Shown: piece by piece, positions 26,656 through 35,914 of the stretch
Layout of the letters: every line of letters begins with the position of its first letter
How positions within the stretch are numbered: the first letter of the stretch is position 1
IMG/VR virus record: IMGVR_UViG_3300005337_000001
Location: 96,001 to 160,000 of that record
Length of the DNA: 64,000 nucleotides
Source of the DNA: a virus
Direction: 5' to 3' (one strand)
Program-made: the position numbers and the translations under genes
Notes under the pieces: model-generated
Database searches by the model: none
The model's input: only the letters and a program-made list of their open reading frames with translations
Told to the model about the DNA's origin: nothing

Positions 26656-27743
26656 CGGTGGCTACCTTTCTTGTGGCTCTTCGAAGAGCCACCCTTTGAG
26701 CTCGAGGACGACCCAGTCTTGGCCGGCTCATCCTTCGGAGGCTCGACGGCCTCAGCCTCGGTGTCGGTGTCAGCCAGGGCTGGGTCCTGTTGCTCTTCGG
26801 CTTCGCCTTTGAACGCCGGCGCCGTAGGGGTTTCCGTTGAAGTCTCGGTGTTGGTGTCGGGCGCCGGCTGAATTGGGGTGAGGTTGCCGTCCACGCCCAC
26901 GGGCGGCTGCTCGAGCTCGGTCGGTACCACCGGCGTCGTAGTAGCAGCAGCATCAGGCGCGGGCGTCGCCGCAGGCTTCGCAGGGTCTGCAGGATCGACG
27001 AAGTCACCAGACCCTTCGGTCGACGCTTCACCGGAGCCCGGGGACTCCTTCTTCGCAATTTCAGCCTCTTTCTCAGCCTTCATCGCGTCGACCGCATCGT
27101 CGGCCGCCGGGTCGTTGACGAAAGTGCCGTCCAGGTACTGCGGCATAGCCTCGCCCGCAGGCGTGTCGTTGGCGGCCGAGTCGAGCGGCGGGTTGGGCAT
27201 TGGCGGCGTTGGTGCCACAGCCGACATGACCACGCGGCCTGCCTTCAAAGCAGCCAGGTCGATGCGAGCTCCGTTCGGGGCGTGCACCGACAAGATGCCA
27301 ACGCGTTCCTTCTCGATTAGCTCGTCGAGATTGGCACGCACGAGCTCGGCGGAGACGCGCAGCGGACGCTTGCGCACCAGGCGCTTCGACGGGTCCGCAA
27401 AAAGGTACTGCTTGAAGCGATGCCGGGTGGGGTTCCGCGCGCGCTGCGTGCGGTTGCCGACGGCGCGTACTTGGCTGCGCACGTGCAGAAGGTCAGGCAG
27501 GCCGTCGCCGTCGGCGTCGACCATCTCGTCTTCGAGATCATCTTCGGCACGCGCGGCTACCTCGGCTTCGTACGCTTCATCCGTCAGCGCACCCGAGGTG
27601 TAAGCCACAGACAGTGCCGATTCGTACTCGGCCATGCTCTTCTCGTAGTTCTCCTCCGAGTAGCCTTGGCTGAGGTAACGCTTCAACGTCGGCCTCACAT
27701 AGGCCTTAGGGAACTTCAACTCGGTCTTCGTGTCTTCGCTCAT
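26652..27743 (-). CDS. hypothetical protein with long acidic/Pro-rich disordered C-terminus
   Basis: SD AAGGAG; 363 aa; follows the capsid terminator. Confidence 0.75.
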   Translation of the reverse strand: MSEDTKTELKFPKAYVRPTLKRYLSQGYSEENYEKSMAEYESALSVAYTSGALTDEAYEAEVAARAEDDLEDEMVDADGDGLPDLLHVRSQVRAVGNRTQRARNPTRHRFKQYLFADPSKRLVRKRPLRVSAELVRANLDELIEKERVGILSVHAPNGARIDLAALKAGRVVMSAVAPTPPMPNPPLDSAANDTPAGEAMPQYLDGTFVNDPAADDAVDAMKAEKEAEIAKKESPGSGEASTEGSGDFVDPADPAKPAATPAPDAAATTTPVVPTELEQPPVGVDGNLTPIQPAPDTNTETSTETPTAPAFKGEAEEQQDPALADTDTEAEAVEPPKDEPAKTGSSSSSKGGSSKSHKKGSHR

Positions 27744-27778
27744 GACAACTCCTTACACGGCAGCGTACCCCGATCCCT

Positions 27779-27823
27779 AAAACCAAGAAAGGGCGCCGGG
27801 CCACTCGGCACCGACGCCCTTCT
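27779..27823 (-). terminator. intrinsic terminator after the major capsid gene
   Basis: AAGGGCGTCGGTGCCGAGTGGCCCGGCGCCCTT then TCTTGGTTTT on the minus strand. Confidence 0.75.
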
Positions 27824-27848
27824 TCCGCCCTCACAAGGCGAACTCAGG

Positions 27849-28964
27849 TCAGAACTGAGTGACTTGCGGGAACTTCAAGCCCGCATCGACACGGTTGTTC
27901 ACCGCGCCCAGCTGATCCTCGGTCTTCGGGATGAAGCTCGAGAGCAAGCCGTCGGCGTTCGTGGTCGGGTTCGCGTCAGCCGAGTAGAGCTCGAGCTTGC
28001 GGACCGCCGCGATGTTGATCACCGACATGCCGATGTCCTCCCATGCCTGGAAGGTGATCATGTTCGCGATCTTGTCGATGTAGAACTTCGTGTTGTTGAG
28101 CACGTAGAACTTGCCGAAGAACTCCGGCTTCGTGAACACGTAGATGTTGCCGGGGCGCAGGATGTCCGTCTTGATCGTACGGATGTACGCACGGCCCAAG
28201 ATGGTGTTGTACTTGTAGCCGTCGACCGTCGTCTCCGACTGCACCCTGTCGCCGAAGTCCTCGACCGTCCACTGCAGCAGGTCGTCCCAGTCGACCTCGG
28301 TGCAGAGCAGGCGCTCCGACCGCAAGCGGTTGCCGTCGAGCATCTTGAACAGGTTCACGAAGTCGGGGCGCTGTACGGGCAGCACCTCGGCCGTGTTCGT
28401 GCTCGCGTTGCGCGCCAGCTCGCCCTTGCGAACCGAGAACTCCACCGTGGTGCCGATGGTCGACGCAGACAGGGCCGTGGCGGTACCGCCGTTGGCTTCC
28501 GTCTGCAGCGCTTGCACCGCCGCCTCGATGTGGATCGTGAACTCGCGGTCCTCGATCTCTTGGATGTCCTTCACCGAGTTCTCCTCGATGATCTTCGTGA
28601 TGGGCATCTCGTACGCCATCAACTCCTGCTCCGTCTTCTGGAACATCTCGGAGCTGATGGTGAAGAACGCCACCTCCGCGCGCGAGCCGCGGATGAATCG
28701 TGCGTCTGGGGTGCCACGAAAGGTGATCGCCATCGCGCGGCTCTGAGGCTCCACGTCGATGATCTTCACCAGGGTATCGTGGTTGACCGAGCGCTGGCAG
28801 TCTGCACGCGTGACCTGCTCCGGCGGAACGACTTTCCGAGCGAAGCTCACCTCACGGAGGCGGTCACGAATGTAAGAACCGCTGTACTCGGCGATCTTTT
28901 CCTTGCCCTCGGAGCTGTTCAGCTTCGATGCAAAGAGCTCGTTGATAACGCTCGCCGGAACCAT
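27849..28964 (-). CDS. major capsid protein (HK97 fold)
   Basis: 371 aa, strong SD AAGGAG, own terminator, follows protease/scaffold/decoration genes; IRDRLREVSFARKVVPP, KDIQEIEDREF. Confidence 0.85.
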   Translation of the reverse strand: MVPASVINELFASKLNSSEGKEKIAEYSGSYIRDRLREVSFARKVVPPEQVTRADCQRSVNHDTLVKIIDVEPQSRAMAITFRGTPDARFIRGSRAEVAFFTISSEMFQKTEQELMAYEMPITKIIEENSVKDIQEIEDREFTIHIEAAVQALQTEANGGTATALSASTIGTTVEFSVRKGELARNASTNTAEVLPVQRPDFVNLFKMLDGNRLRSERLLCTEVDWDDLLQWTVEDFGDRVQSETTVDGYKYNTILGRAYIRTIKTDILRPGNIYVFTKPEFFGKFYVLNNTKFYIDKIANMITFQAWEDIGMSVINIAAVRKLELYSADANPTTNADGLLSSFIPKTEDQLGAVNNRVDAGLKFPQVTQF

Positions 28965-29002
28965 GTTCGTTTCTCCTTCTTCCTGTAGGGGTGGGTCGAG
29001 CG

Positions 29003-29527
29003 TTAGCTACGGTACCCCGAGATGAACCTGAGCTTACCACCGTTGCTGGCGGGAAGCCGAGTGACGTAGCCCACGATCGGGGCGGTATCGGCAGAACCAC
29101 CGTGGCCGACGAGGCCCGTGTAGCTGCGCGGACCGATGGCGATGGTCGCAACCTTGAGAGGCTGCATGACCGAAGTGATGGCCGCACCCGAACCGATGGC
29201 GGCGGTCGCGTCGTAGATGCGGGTGTCGCACTCGAACTCACCACGGAATAGGCAGGTGGTCTTCTTGTCTGCCATGCCCATGCGGTCCGAGCGACCACGC
29301 TCGTTGAACAGCGGGAAGCTGCGCACGGTTGCGGGGTCGGCGGGAGTGCCAACGACGCTCGCCCGTACCCACTGGTACGAGGCGTTCAACGTCATCCACT
29401 CGCCATCGACGAGCGCTACGGCGTTGAGGGGGTCGGCCAGCGTTTTGTCAGCCAGAGGAAGGTCTTTCCTCCAGATGTTCAAGACGTCGGTGACAGGCTC
29501 GAGGTTTACTTTTTGAACGGTCGACAT
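29003..29527 (-). CDS. capsid decoration/cement-like protein
   Basis: 174 aa beta-rich, immediately upstream of MCP. Confidence 0.55.
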   Translation of the reverse strand: MSTVQKVNLEPVTDVLNIWRKDLPLADKTLADPLNAVALVDGEWMTLNASYQWVRASVVGTPADPATVRSFPLFNERGRSDRMGMADKKTTCLFRGEFECDTRIYDATAAIGSGAAITSVMQPLKVATIAIGPRSYTGLVGHGGSADTAPIVGYVTRLPASNGGKLRFISGYRS

Positions 29528-29545
29528 GACTTCTTTCTACTCCTT

Positions 29546-29899
29546 TCAGCTCAGGAGAAACCGCTCGAGGTCACTTGACCCTGCGGCGCCCGAGAGCTCG
29601 TCGGACACGTGTGCACGTTTGCCCATGTCCGGGCCCACGAGCTCCACCGCTTTTTCCGTGACGTCGAGATTCAGAGAGCCTGCGGCGGCCTGCTTCTGAA
29701 GCTCGTCTGCAACCTCGTCGACCGTCCCGGACTTGATGCCCTTGTCGATCATCGAAGTTGCAATCTTTTCGACGCGCTGCCGCGACGCATTCTCGAGGAA
29801 CGCATCGCGGTAGAGGTCACGCTCACTTGCGAGCTTGCGGAGGGTCTCGGGGACTTCCGCGAGGACCTCGCGTTTCATTGCTGCACTCAGCTTGTCCAT
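29546..29899 (-). CDS. scaffold-like small helical protein
   Basis: 117 aa; KLAS/KIAT/KQAA; C-terminal SDLERFLLS resembles a capsid-binding tail. Confidence 0.5.
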   Translation of the reverse strand: MDKLSAAMKREVLAEVPETLRKLASERDLYRDAFLENASRQRVEKIATSMIDKGIKSGTVDEVADELQKQAAAGSLNLDVTEKAVELVGPDMGKRAHVSDELSGAAGSSDLERFLLS

Positions 29900-29916
29900 C
29901 GTTTCTGTCCTCCGAC

Positions 29917-31332
29917 TTACGTGCCAGAGCCGGCGACACCGCCGACGGGGGGAGCTGTATAGGTGCCCATGCCACCCATCGACTCCTTTTTCTTGTCCTT
30001 GACGTCTTTGTCTTTCGCCGCCGCTTCAGCCATCTTTTCCAAGACGGCACGAGCAGCTGCGCTCCTGGTCGACGCCGAGATCTTCACCCCGGCTTGACCG
30101 GTGTGGACCAGGGTCTTCTGCAGCACGTTGTCGTGCGCAGCGGAGAGTGCGGGCTCGGAGAGCACCGCCTTGAGTTGCGGCTTCACCTGGGCCTTGGCGT
30201 CGCCCTTGGTGTAGTTGCGCGCGGCGTCGTTCGACGCGATGAGCCCGGTCGGGCCCTGGGGCTTGCCGCCCGCCGGCGCGCCGCCGTCTTCACCCGAAGC
30301 CGACGTGTCGGGCGGCACCGCAGCGCCGGCCGAAATCTTCGCGGGGTTGATGGCGTCCTCGGCGGTCTTCTCCACCGACGCACCCGCCTGCTTCACCGCG
30401 CCGAGCATGTAGTCGACCAAGCGAGGGTCGACAGCCGGCGTGGCTGCGGAAGCTTCCTTCGCGACAGCGACCGGCGCGATGACCTTCTCCGAGGCCTCCT
30501 TGCGCAGGAGCGCGATGGGCGCGGTGTACTGCGGTTGAGCCGCAGAGACCTTCTGCTTGCCGGCCACCGGCTTGTTGGTCTCGAGCGCCGTCGCCGGACC
30601 AGCAGGCTGATTGCCAGGATTCACCGTGCCGGTGCTCTTCGGCACTTGATGAGCCGGCGTCGCCGCACCCTGCTGACCAGGCGCGACGGTGTTCTTACCG
30701 CCAGGGCTCTCGAGCACCTTCAGCGGGTTCGGGCCGGTACCGGGGCCGATCTCGGCTGCGGTCTTCGCCGCCGCTGCCTCGACCTCTTCATCGATGAACG
30801 AGTTGCCGAGCACGTACTCGACAGCGGTCGCGAGCTTCTCGACGTAGTCGGTGGGGATGGAATCGACTTCGCTGTTGCGGCCGGCGGACGCCGTCTTTTC
30901 GACGGTTGCGGCCGGTGCGTCACCTTGCGAAGCAAGCTGACGAGCTGCTTCGAGCGTGACGGCGGTATGGTCGGCAGCACCAGCTGCAGCGGCCTTTACC
31001 ATTTCGTGAATCGTGAATCGGGGAGTGGCTGCGGGCATTGAAACCTCACTGTGCGCAATCTTCGGAGGGAGAAAACCTTGTTGGTCGGGAGTGGCGCTCT
31101 TCTGCGCCGACGAGCCCGCGTCGGAATTGATCGGCGACCCATTGTTGACGCGCGAGTAGTTGGTTCGCGGTGCCATCCCCTTCGGACCGGTCTGCCCTGG
31201 TGCGGGCTTGTTGCCGACGGCGAGGCCAGGAATGGGAGCAGACGAAGCCGTGTCCACCGACGAGTCGGGGAATGGCACCGATGTAGCTTCCGCTACCTTC
31301 GCTGCTGGCTGTCGTTGCTCCCATACCTTCAT
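29917..31332 (-). CDS. internal head/scaffold protein, low complexity, many K-x-A sites
   Basis: 471 aa A/P/G-rich; possible internal start ATG 31038 (SD GAGG). Confidence 0.65.
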   Translation of the reverse strand: MKVWEQRQPAAKVAEATSVPFPDSSVDTASSAPIPGLAVGNKPAPGQTGPKGMAPRTNYSRVNNGSPINSDAGSSAQKSATPDQQGFLPPKIAHSEVSMPAATPRFTIHEMVKAAAAGAADHTAVTLEAARQLASQGDAPAATVEKTASAGRNSEVDSIPTDYVEKLATAVEYVLGNSFIDEEVEAAAAKTAAEIGPGTGPNPLKVLESPGGKNTVAPGQQGAATPAHQVPKSTGTVNPGNQPAGPATALETNKPVAGKQKVSAAQPQYTAPIALLRKEASEKVIAPVAVAKEASAATPAVDPRLVDYMLGAVKQAGASVEKTAEDAINPAKISAGAAVPPDTSASGEDGGAPAGGKPQGPTGLIASNDAARNYTKGDAKAQVKPQLKAVLSEPALSAAHDNVLQKTLVHTGQAGVKISASTRSAAARAVLEKMAEAAAKDKDVKDKKKESMGGMGTYTAPPVGGVAGSGT

Positions 31333-31354
31333 CTCACAGGTTGCTGATCTGAGT

Positions 31355-32203
31355 TTACGCCGAGGGCCAGGTCACCTGGAAGCCAGCGGCTTCGCAGATC
31401 TCCAACGCGCGCACGTGCAGACCAGTCTGCAGGTCCGGCGCCGACGCGATCTTCGTGCTCTCGCTGAGGCCGAGCACGTAGGCAGCGTTCACCTTGTTGT
31501 AGGCGATGTCCGGGCTCACGCCCGCTTCTTTGAGCAGCTCGATGGCGTGCCACGCCGCCTGCTCATCGAAGTTCGGCGTCGTGGTTCCCGACGCGGCTGC
31601 TGAAGCGGTCTTCGCCGTCTGGAACGCGGTAACGAGAGCGGAGATCTTGGCGGAGGCAGAAGCTTCCTTCTCCTCGCCTTCCTTCTTCTCCTTACCCTCT
31701 TTGCCGTCCTTGCCTTCGCCATCCTTCTTACCGAACGGAGGAGCCATGTCGCCCTTCTCGGCGATCTTGTTGAGCTCGGCAACGAACGAGTGCGCCATGA
31801 TGCGACCCATCGCGTCGGCTTCGGCGACCTTCTCGGCAGCGGCCCTCTTCTGGAGGAACTCGGACTCGGCAGCAGCCAGCTTCGCAGCGGCAGCTTCCTT
31901 CTCCTTTTCCTTCTCTTCTTTCTCCTTGCCCTCTTTGCCTTCAGGCTTCTTGCCTTCGCCTTCGCCGTCCTTCTTGCCGAAGTTCGGTGGGAACTCGGCC
32001 GCCTTCATCTCCATGGCGACCTTCCACAACTCTTCGACCTGCACGTCGTTCAGCGACTTGATGTCGATGCCCTGTTCTTGGCAGAGGCCGTTGAAGTACT
32101 CGACCTGGGCTTGCTTCTCCAGATCCTCCGGCGTCGCACTCGCGACCTTGGTCGTACCGAACACTTCACCAAGCGTGCTGCTCATGTCGTTGGCTCCACT
32201 CAT
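31355..32203 (-). CDS. scaffold-like protein with duplicated charged module
   Basis: SD AGGAG; PP(N)FGKKDGEG...KE-rich x2; seven or more K-x-A sites. Confidence 0.6.
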   Translation of the reverse strand: MSGANDMSSTLGEVFGTTKVASATPEDLEKQAQVEYFNGLCQEQGIDIKSLNDVQVEELWKVAMEMKAAEFPPNFGKKDGEGEGKKPEGKEGKEKEEKEKEKEAAAAKLAAAESEFLQKRAAAEKVAEADAMGRIMAHSFVAELNKIAEKGDMAPPFGKKDGEGKDGKEGKEKKEGEEKEASASAKISALVTAFQTAKTASAAASGTTTPNFDEQAAWHAIELLKEAGVSPDIAYNKVNAAYVLGLSESTKIASAPDLQTGLHVRALEICEAAGFQVTWPSA

Positions 32204-32225
32204 GATCTGTCTCCTGTTGGATGGT

Positions 32226-33950
32226 TCATCGCGTGGTCACCAAGGGGAGTGCCCTCTGCACGCCGGCGTGCGCCTGATCGCCCGATAGCTTTACCACCCC
32301 TTGCGATGAATACCCAGCAGGCAATTCGTTCATGAACGCGCCCGACAGGTACTTGAACGACAAGGGAGTGAAGAGCTCCTCTGCCGACACGCTCGCAAAC
32401 TTGCGCAGCATGACGTCGTCGGCTGATGTAGCCGCTTCAATCATGTCCTGTGCGTTGGCGACGAGTTGCATGAGGTTCGCTCGGTAGCTGTTGTAGGCAG
32501 ACCCAATCTTACGGAGAAGATCCGAGGGATGGGAAGAAGCCCTCTTCTCAGATTTGGGTGGAACGCCTGCAATCACCAACACCCGGCGCTCGATGACCGG
32601 GCCAAACGCCGAGCGCTCGCCCATGAACGGGGCGAGCAGCTGGGCCAGCACAGGGCTGAAATCCTGCTCCTTCAGCGATTCGTCGCCTGTCTCATCCATC
32701 TTCGGGAAGCCTTGACCCATCGCCTCGAGCTGGTCGGCCAGGTCGCCCTTCCCCATGCTCACCAAAGTGATGCGCTGAAACTCACGCGGGCGAAGAACCA
32801 TCCCCAAGCCAGCGGTAGTCGACAGTGCTTTGCCAAGGCCGGATTGACCCAGTATCTCCTGCAGTTCTTTAGGCAAGTCGGCTTCGCGATCGGTTAGCAG
32901 CGGCACTGCTTTACCTGCCAGTTGGTTCGGCACGACCTTCTTGGTCATCTCCGCTTGCTTGGCGCGCCCGCGCGCGCGCACCTCGTCCTCCTGCAGATAG
33001 CGCGCTGTGACCTGGTCCTTACCCGCTGTCTTCTCGAGCACGTCCTCGCCACTCGCCATCTTCTCGGCCACTTCAGCTGAACCCATGAAGCCGTACGTGC
33101 GCTTGCCATCGTCGGCGATCTTCAGCATCGCCTTGGCAATCTTGTCGGCGCCGATGAAGACGTAGCTGATGTCGAAGAAGCGAGGGAAGTCGTTGTCGAC
33201 CCAGACCTTGCGCCCGTCGGGCAAGATTCGATTCATCTGCGTGCGGCCGTACTCCGAGTACTCCTTGCGCGTCACCTGCACACCGCGGATGGGGTGCTTC
33301 TTATGCACCTCCAAGATCGCTGCGCCGGGACTCGTGTGCTTCTTCGGGTCGTACGTGTCCCACGCCTCTTGGTAACGCTTGCGGTCGAGCGTGATCGAAC
33401 ACGTGTCGAAGGGCACCTTCGTACCCATGCTGACGTCTGGGTAACCGCCCATCTTCAACTTGTCCCAGATGCTCTCACCGCCGTTGGCTAGGCAGGTGTC
33501 ACGATCGAGACGCGTCACGAGCTCGACCCGCTTCATGTGCGGGTTCCAGGCTGCGAGCTCGACGACGCCGAGTTTCTTGTTGGGGTCCTTGTTGCGATGA
33601 TGCGGAAAAACGCAGGCGCTGTAGAACGTGGGGAAGCCGTAGGCCCAGCCCTTGGCCTTCACCATGTCGTAAACGGGCACGCCCTTCCAGTCGTCGGGCG
33701 CATGCACCAACGAGGCTTCAGAGAAGCGGTCGCCGTTGATGTTCGATCCGTAGTACTCGCCGGCGCCCATGGCGTTGACGAGCACGTACTGCGAGTCGCT
33801 GCGCGGCTCGAGCTGCGCGATGTACGACGACACCTCCGGCAGCAGGCTGGCTGACGCTACCTTCTCGAAGTAAGAGTCAGCTGGCCCGAAGAGCGGGACT
33901 GCGGCCGGGCCGAACTCTTCGCTCCCCTGGAAGAGGCTGACCTTGATCAT
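32226..33950 (-). CDS. prohead maturation protease (assemblin/HK97-type serine protease)
   Basis: VLVNAMGA..SNINGDRF, FPHHRNKDP (His), DVSMG (Ser), RFFDISYVFIGAD; sits upstream of scaffold and MCP. Confidence 0.75.
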   Translation of the reverse strand: MIKVSLFQGSEEFGPAAVPLFGPADSYFEKVASASLLPEVSSYIAQLEPRSDSQYVLVNAMGAGEYYGSNINGDRFSEASLVHAPDDWKGVPVYDMVKAKGWAYGFPTFYSACVFPHHRNKDPNKKLGVVELAAWNPHMKRVELVTRLDRDTCLANGGESIWDKLKMGGYPDVSMGTKVPFDTCSITLDRKRYQEAWDTYDPKKHTSPGAAILEVHKKHPIRGVQVTRKEYSEYGRTQMNRILPDGRKVWVDNDFPRFFDISYVFIGADKIAKAMLKIADDGKRTYGFMGSAEVAEKMASGEDVLEKTAGKDQVTARYLQEDEVRARGRAKQAEMTKKVVPNQLAGKAVPLLTDREADLPKELQEILGQSGLGKALSTTAGLGMVLRPREFQRITLVSMGKGDLADQLEAMGQGFPKMDETGDESLKEQDFSPVLAQLLAPFMGERSAFGPVIERRVLVIAGVPPKSEKRASSHPSDLLRKIGSAYNSYRANLMQLVANAQDMIEAATSADDVMLRKFASVSAEELFTPLSFKYLSGAFMNELPAGYSSQGVVKLSGDQAHAGVQRALPLVTTR

Positions 33951-34555
33951 CCGTAGTAATTTTGCGCCTCTTCCACACGGTCCGGCGACGTCTCACCTTG
34001 CTCATTCATGCGCGAGATGGTCTTCGTCTGGCGCAGGAGCTGCGGCTTCTTGCCCTCGCCGCCCCCGCCGAAGCCCTTCATGAAGCCACCGAGCGCGGCC
34101 TCGGTCAGAGGGCCCTGCTTAGGAGGCTGCCGATTACGCTGCGCGCCGATCGAAACGTTGCCGCGCTCTTCGATGGCGCCATTCATGGCCTGTCGCATGA
34201 GCGTGCCAGCAACCACCGGTTCCTTCGTAAACTCCGGCGAGAAGCGGCGCAGCGAAGTGAACATGCGATTGAAGCCAGCCGGGTCGCTCTGCAGATGCTC
34301 GTGCAAGTCGGGGTTGGCTTCCAGCATGCTCTGGAAATCACGCGTCTTGGTAGCCGCGTCGTAGAGCTTACCGGCGGCGCCGACGAGACCGGCGAATGCT
34401 GCAGCGCCGACGCCGGCCATCGCTGCGTTGCCGGCTTGTTCCCCCATCCGACTGAGCGCGGGCCCGGCCTTGCCGGCCATGCCCTTCAGGTTCGGCATCC
34501 CGAAGGCGCGCTTCTCGGACAGAAACTCATCGACAGGGTTCTTGGCCATGATCAC
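33947..34555 (-). CDS. glycine-zipper head protein
   Basis: DEFLSEKRAFG then AMAGVGAAAFAGLVGAAG. Confidence 0.65.
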   Translation of the reverse strand: MIMAKNPVDEFLSEKRAFGMPNLKGMAGKAGPALSRMGEQAGNAAMAGVGAAAFAGLVGAAGKLYDAATKTRDFQSMLEANPDLHEHLQSDPAGFNRMFTSLRRFSPEFTKEPVVAGTLMRQAMNGAIEERGNVSIGAQRNRQPPKQGPLTEAALGGFMKGFGGGGEGKKPQLLRQTKTISRMNEQGETSPDRVEEAQNYYG

Positions 34556-35877
34556 TGTCCCGTCATCGTACGATAGCGGCGGTTGTTGTACTCGGCAGTG
34601 CCCGGCACCACCGCCTTGGCAGCGCCAAGACCAGCTTGGACGATGGGCCTGTCGGTGACTGACTGCAGCGCCGCATTGCCGGCAAGCGCGCCACCGACGA
34701 GCGCCGTACCCTTCAGGCCCTTGGAAATCGTAGGGGCCAGACGCTTGGCGTCTTTGGCGCCCACGAGAAAATGGGCAATAGCAGGCGAAGCCGCGTCGAT
34801 GCCACCGCTCGCGGCGTCGATGCCCTTCTTGGCAGCACCGAGGAGCCCGCCCGAAGAAGCCTGCTTGAGCAAGTTTTCCGACTGCTCCACGCCTTCGATG
34901 AGCTCCTGATGAAGCACCCGCATGTTGGCCAACTTGTTCAGGGCGTCGATGAACTCCCCGTACGAAGTGACCAACGGGTGCTCCGCGTTCACGTCGCCGG
35001 CCGAAGCCTGCTTCGTGAGTGACTCACCGAGCGCATCGAGGCTCGGGAACACACCTTCGCGCTGCAGGCGCGGCGTCATCAGGCGGAAGGCGATCTTCAC
35101 GTACAACGGGTCTTCCGACACCACCGCCCAAGACTTGACCACGTCGGCCAGGCTCACACCCTCGAGCGCCGCCTGTTTCACGTGGCCATACAGCTGGGTG
35201 CCAGCCTCGGCGTAGTCGACCTCGAGCTTGTCGATTTCGTACGCAACTTCGTCGACGCCGGCGGCGAGCTTGCTGCGCACTTCGACCAGCGGCTGCAGCG
35301 GTTCGGCGAACGCGATGTGCGATGGCTCACCGTGGTTGAAGAGCGCCCAGAGCTCGTCTTCGTACGGGGACGCGTGCTTGGGCAGCGACGGCAGCTTCTG
35401 CGGCTTGGGCAGACCTTCGACCGCCTCGAGCCCCTCAGCCTCCGTGGCCGACGCGGTCTTCTCGGTACCGCCATAGGAGCCAACTGCCTGCGCGTGCTTG
35501 TGCACTTCCTTGGGGTCGCGGGTGTAGTCGAGCGTGCCTCGGTCGTACACTGAACCACCACCGCCGTCGTTCAGGTCTTGAAGTACCTGCGACGGGTCAG
35601 CCGGGCCTTTGTCGAAATGAACCACCCGGTGATTGGCTTCCTTGCGGAACTCACGCAGGTAAGCGTCGCCGTTCGTGAACTCGACCACTCGCTTTACCTG
35701 CTCGGGGGAGAGCCGCTCGCCGCGGACTACATCCACGATGGCGTCATGAAGCGACGCTACTTTGCCCTCGCACCAGTTGGCTGCCGCTTGTTTTCCGAGC
35801 ACTTCGAGATGCTCCCCAGAAACCGGGCGCGCATCGCGCTGTTGAAGAACCGTCTGGATGGGGGAGTCGCCGCTCAT
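34552..35877 (-). CDS. internal head protein with many K-x-A sites and glycine-zipper tail
   Basis: LSPEQVKRVVEFTN domain; KTAS, KQAA, KQAS x2; GTALVGGALAG. Confidence 0.7.
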   Translation of the reverse strand: MSGDSPIQTVLQQRDARPVSGEHLEVLGKQAAANWCEGKVASLHDAIVDVVRGERLSPEQVKRVVEFTNGDAYLREFRKEANHRVVHFDKGPADPSQVLQDLNDGGGGSVYDRGTLDYTRDPKEVHKHAQAVGSYGGTEKTASATEAEGLEAVEGLPKPQKLPSLPKHASPYEDELWALFNHGEPSHIAFAEPLQPLVEVRSKLAAGVDEVAYEIDKLEVDYAEAGTQLYGHVKQAALEGVSLADVVKSWAVVSEDPLYVKIAFRLMTPRLQREGVFPSLDALGESLTKQASAGDVNAEHPLVTSYGEFIDALNKLANMRVLHQELIEGVEQSENLLKQASSGGLLGAAKKGIDAASGGIDAASPAIAHFLVGAKDAKRLAPTISKGLKGTALVGGALAGNAALQSVTDRPIVQAGLGAAKAVVPGTAEYNNRRYRTMTGQ

Positions 35878-35914
35878 GACAGAGCCCTTTCTTCAGTACA
35901 TTCTAAGAAGTAGC

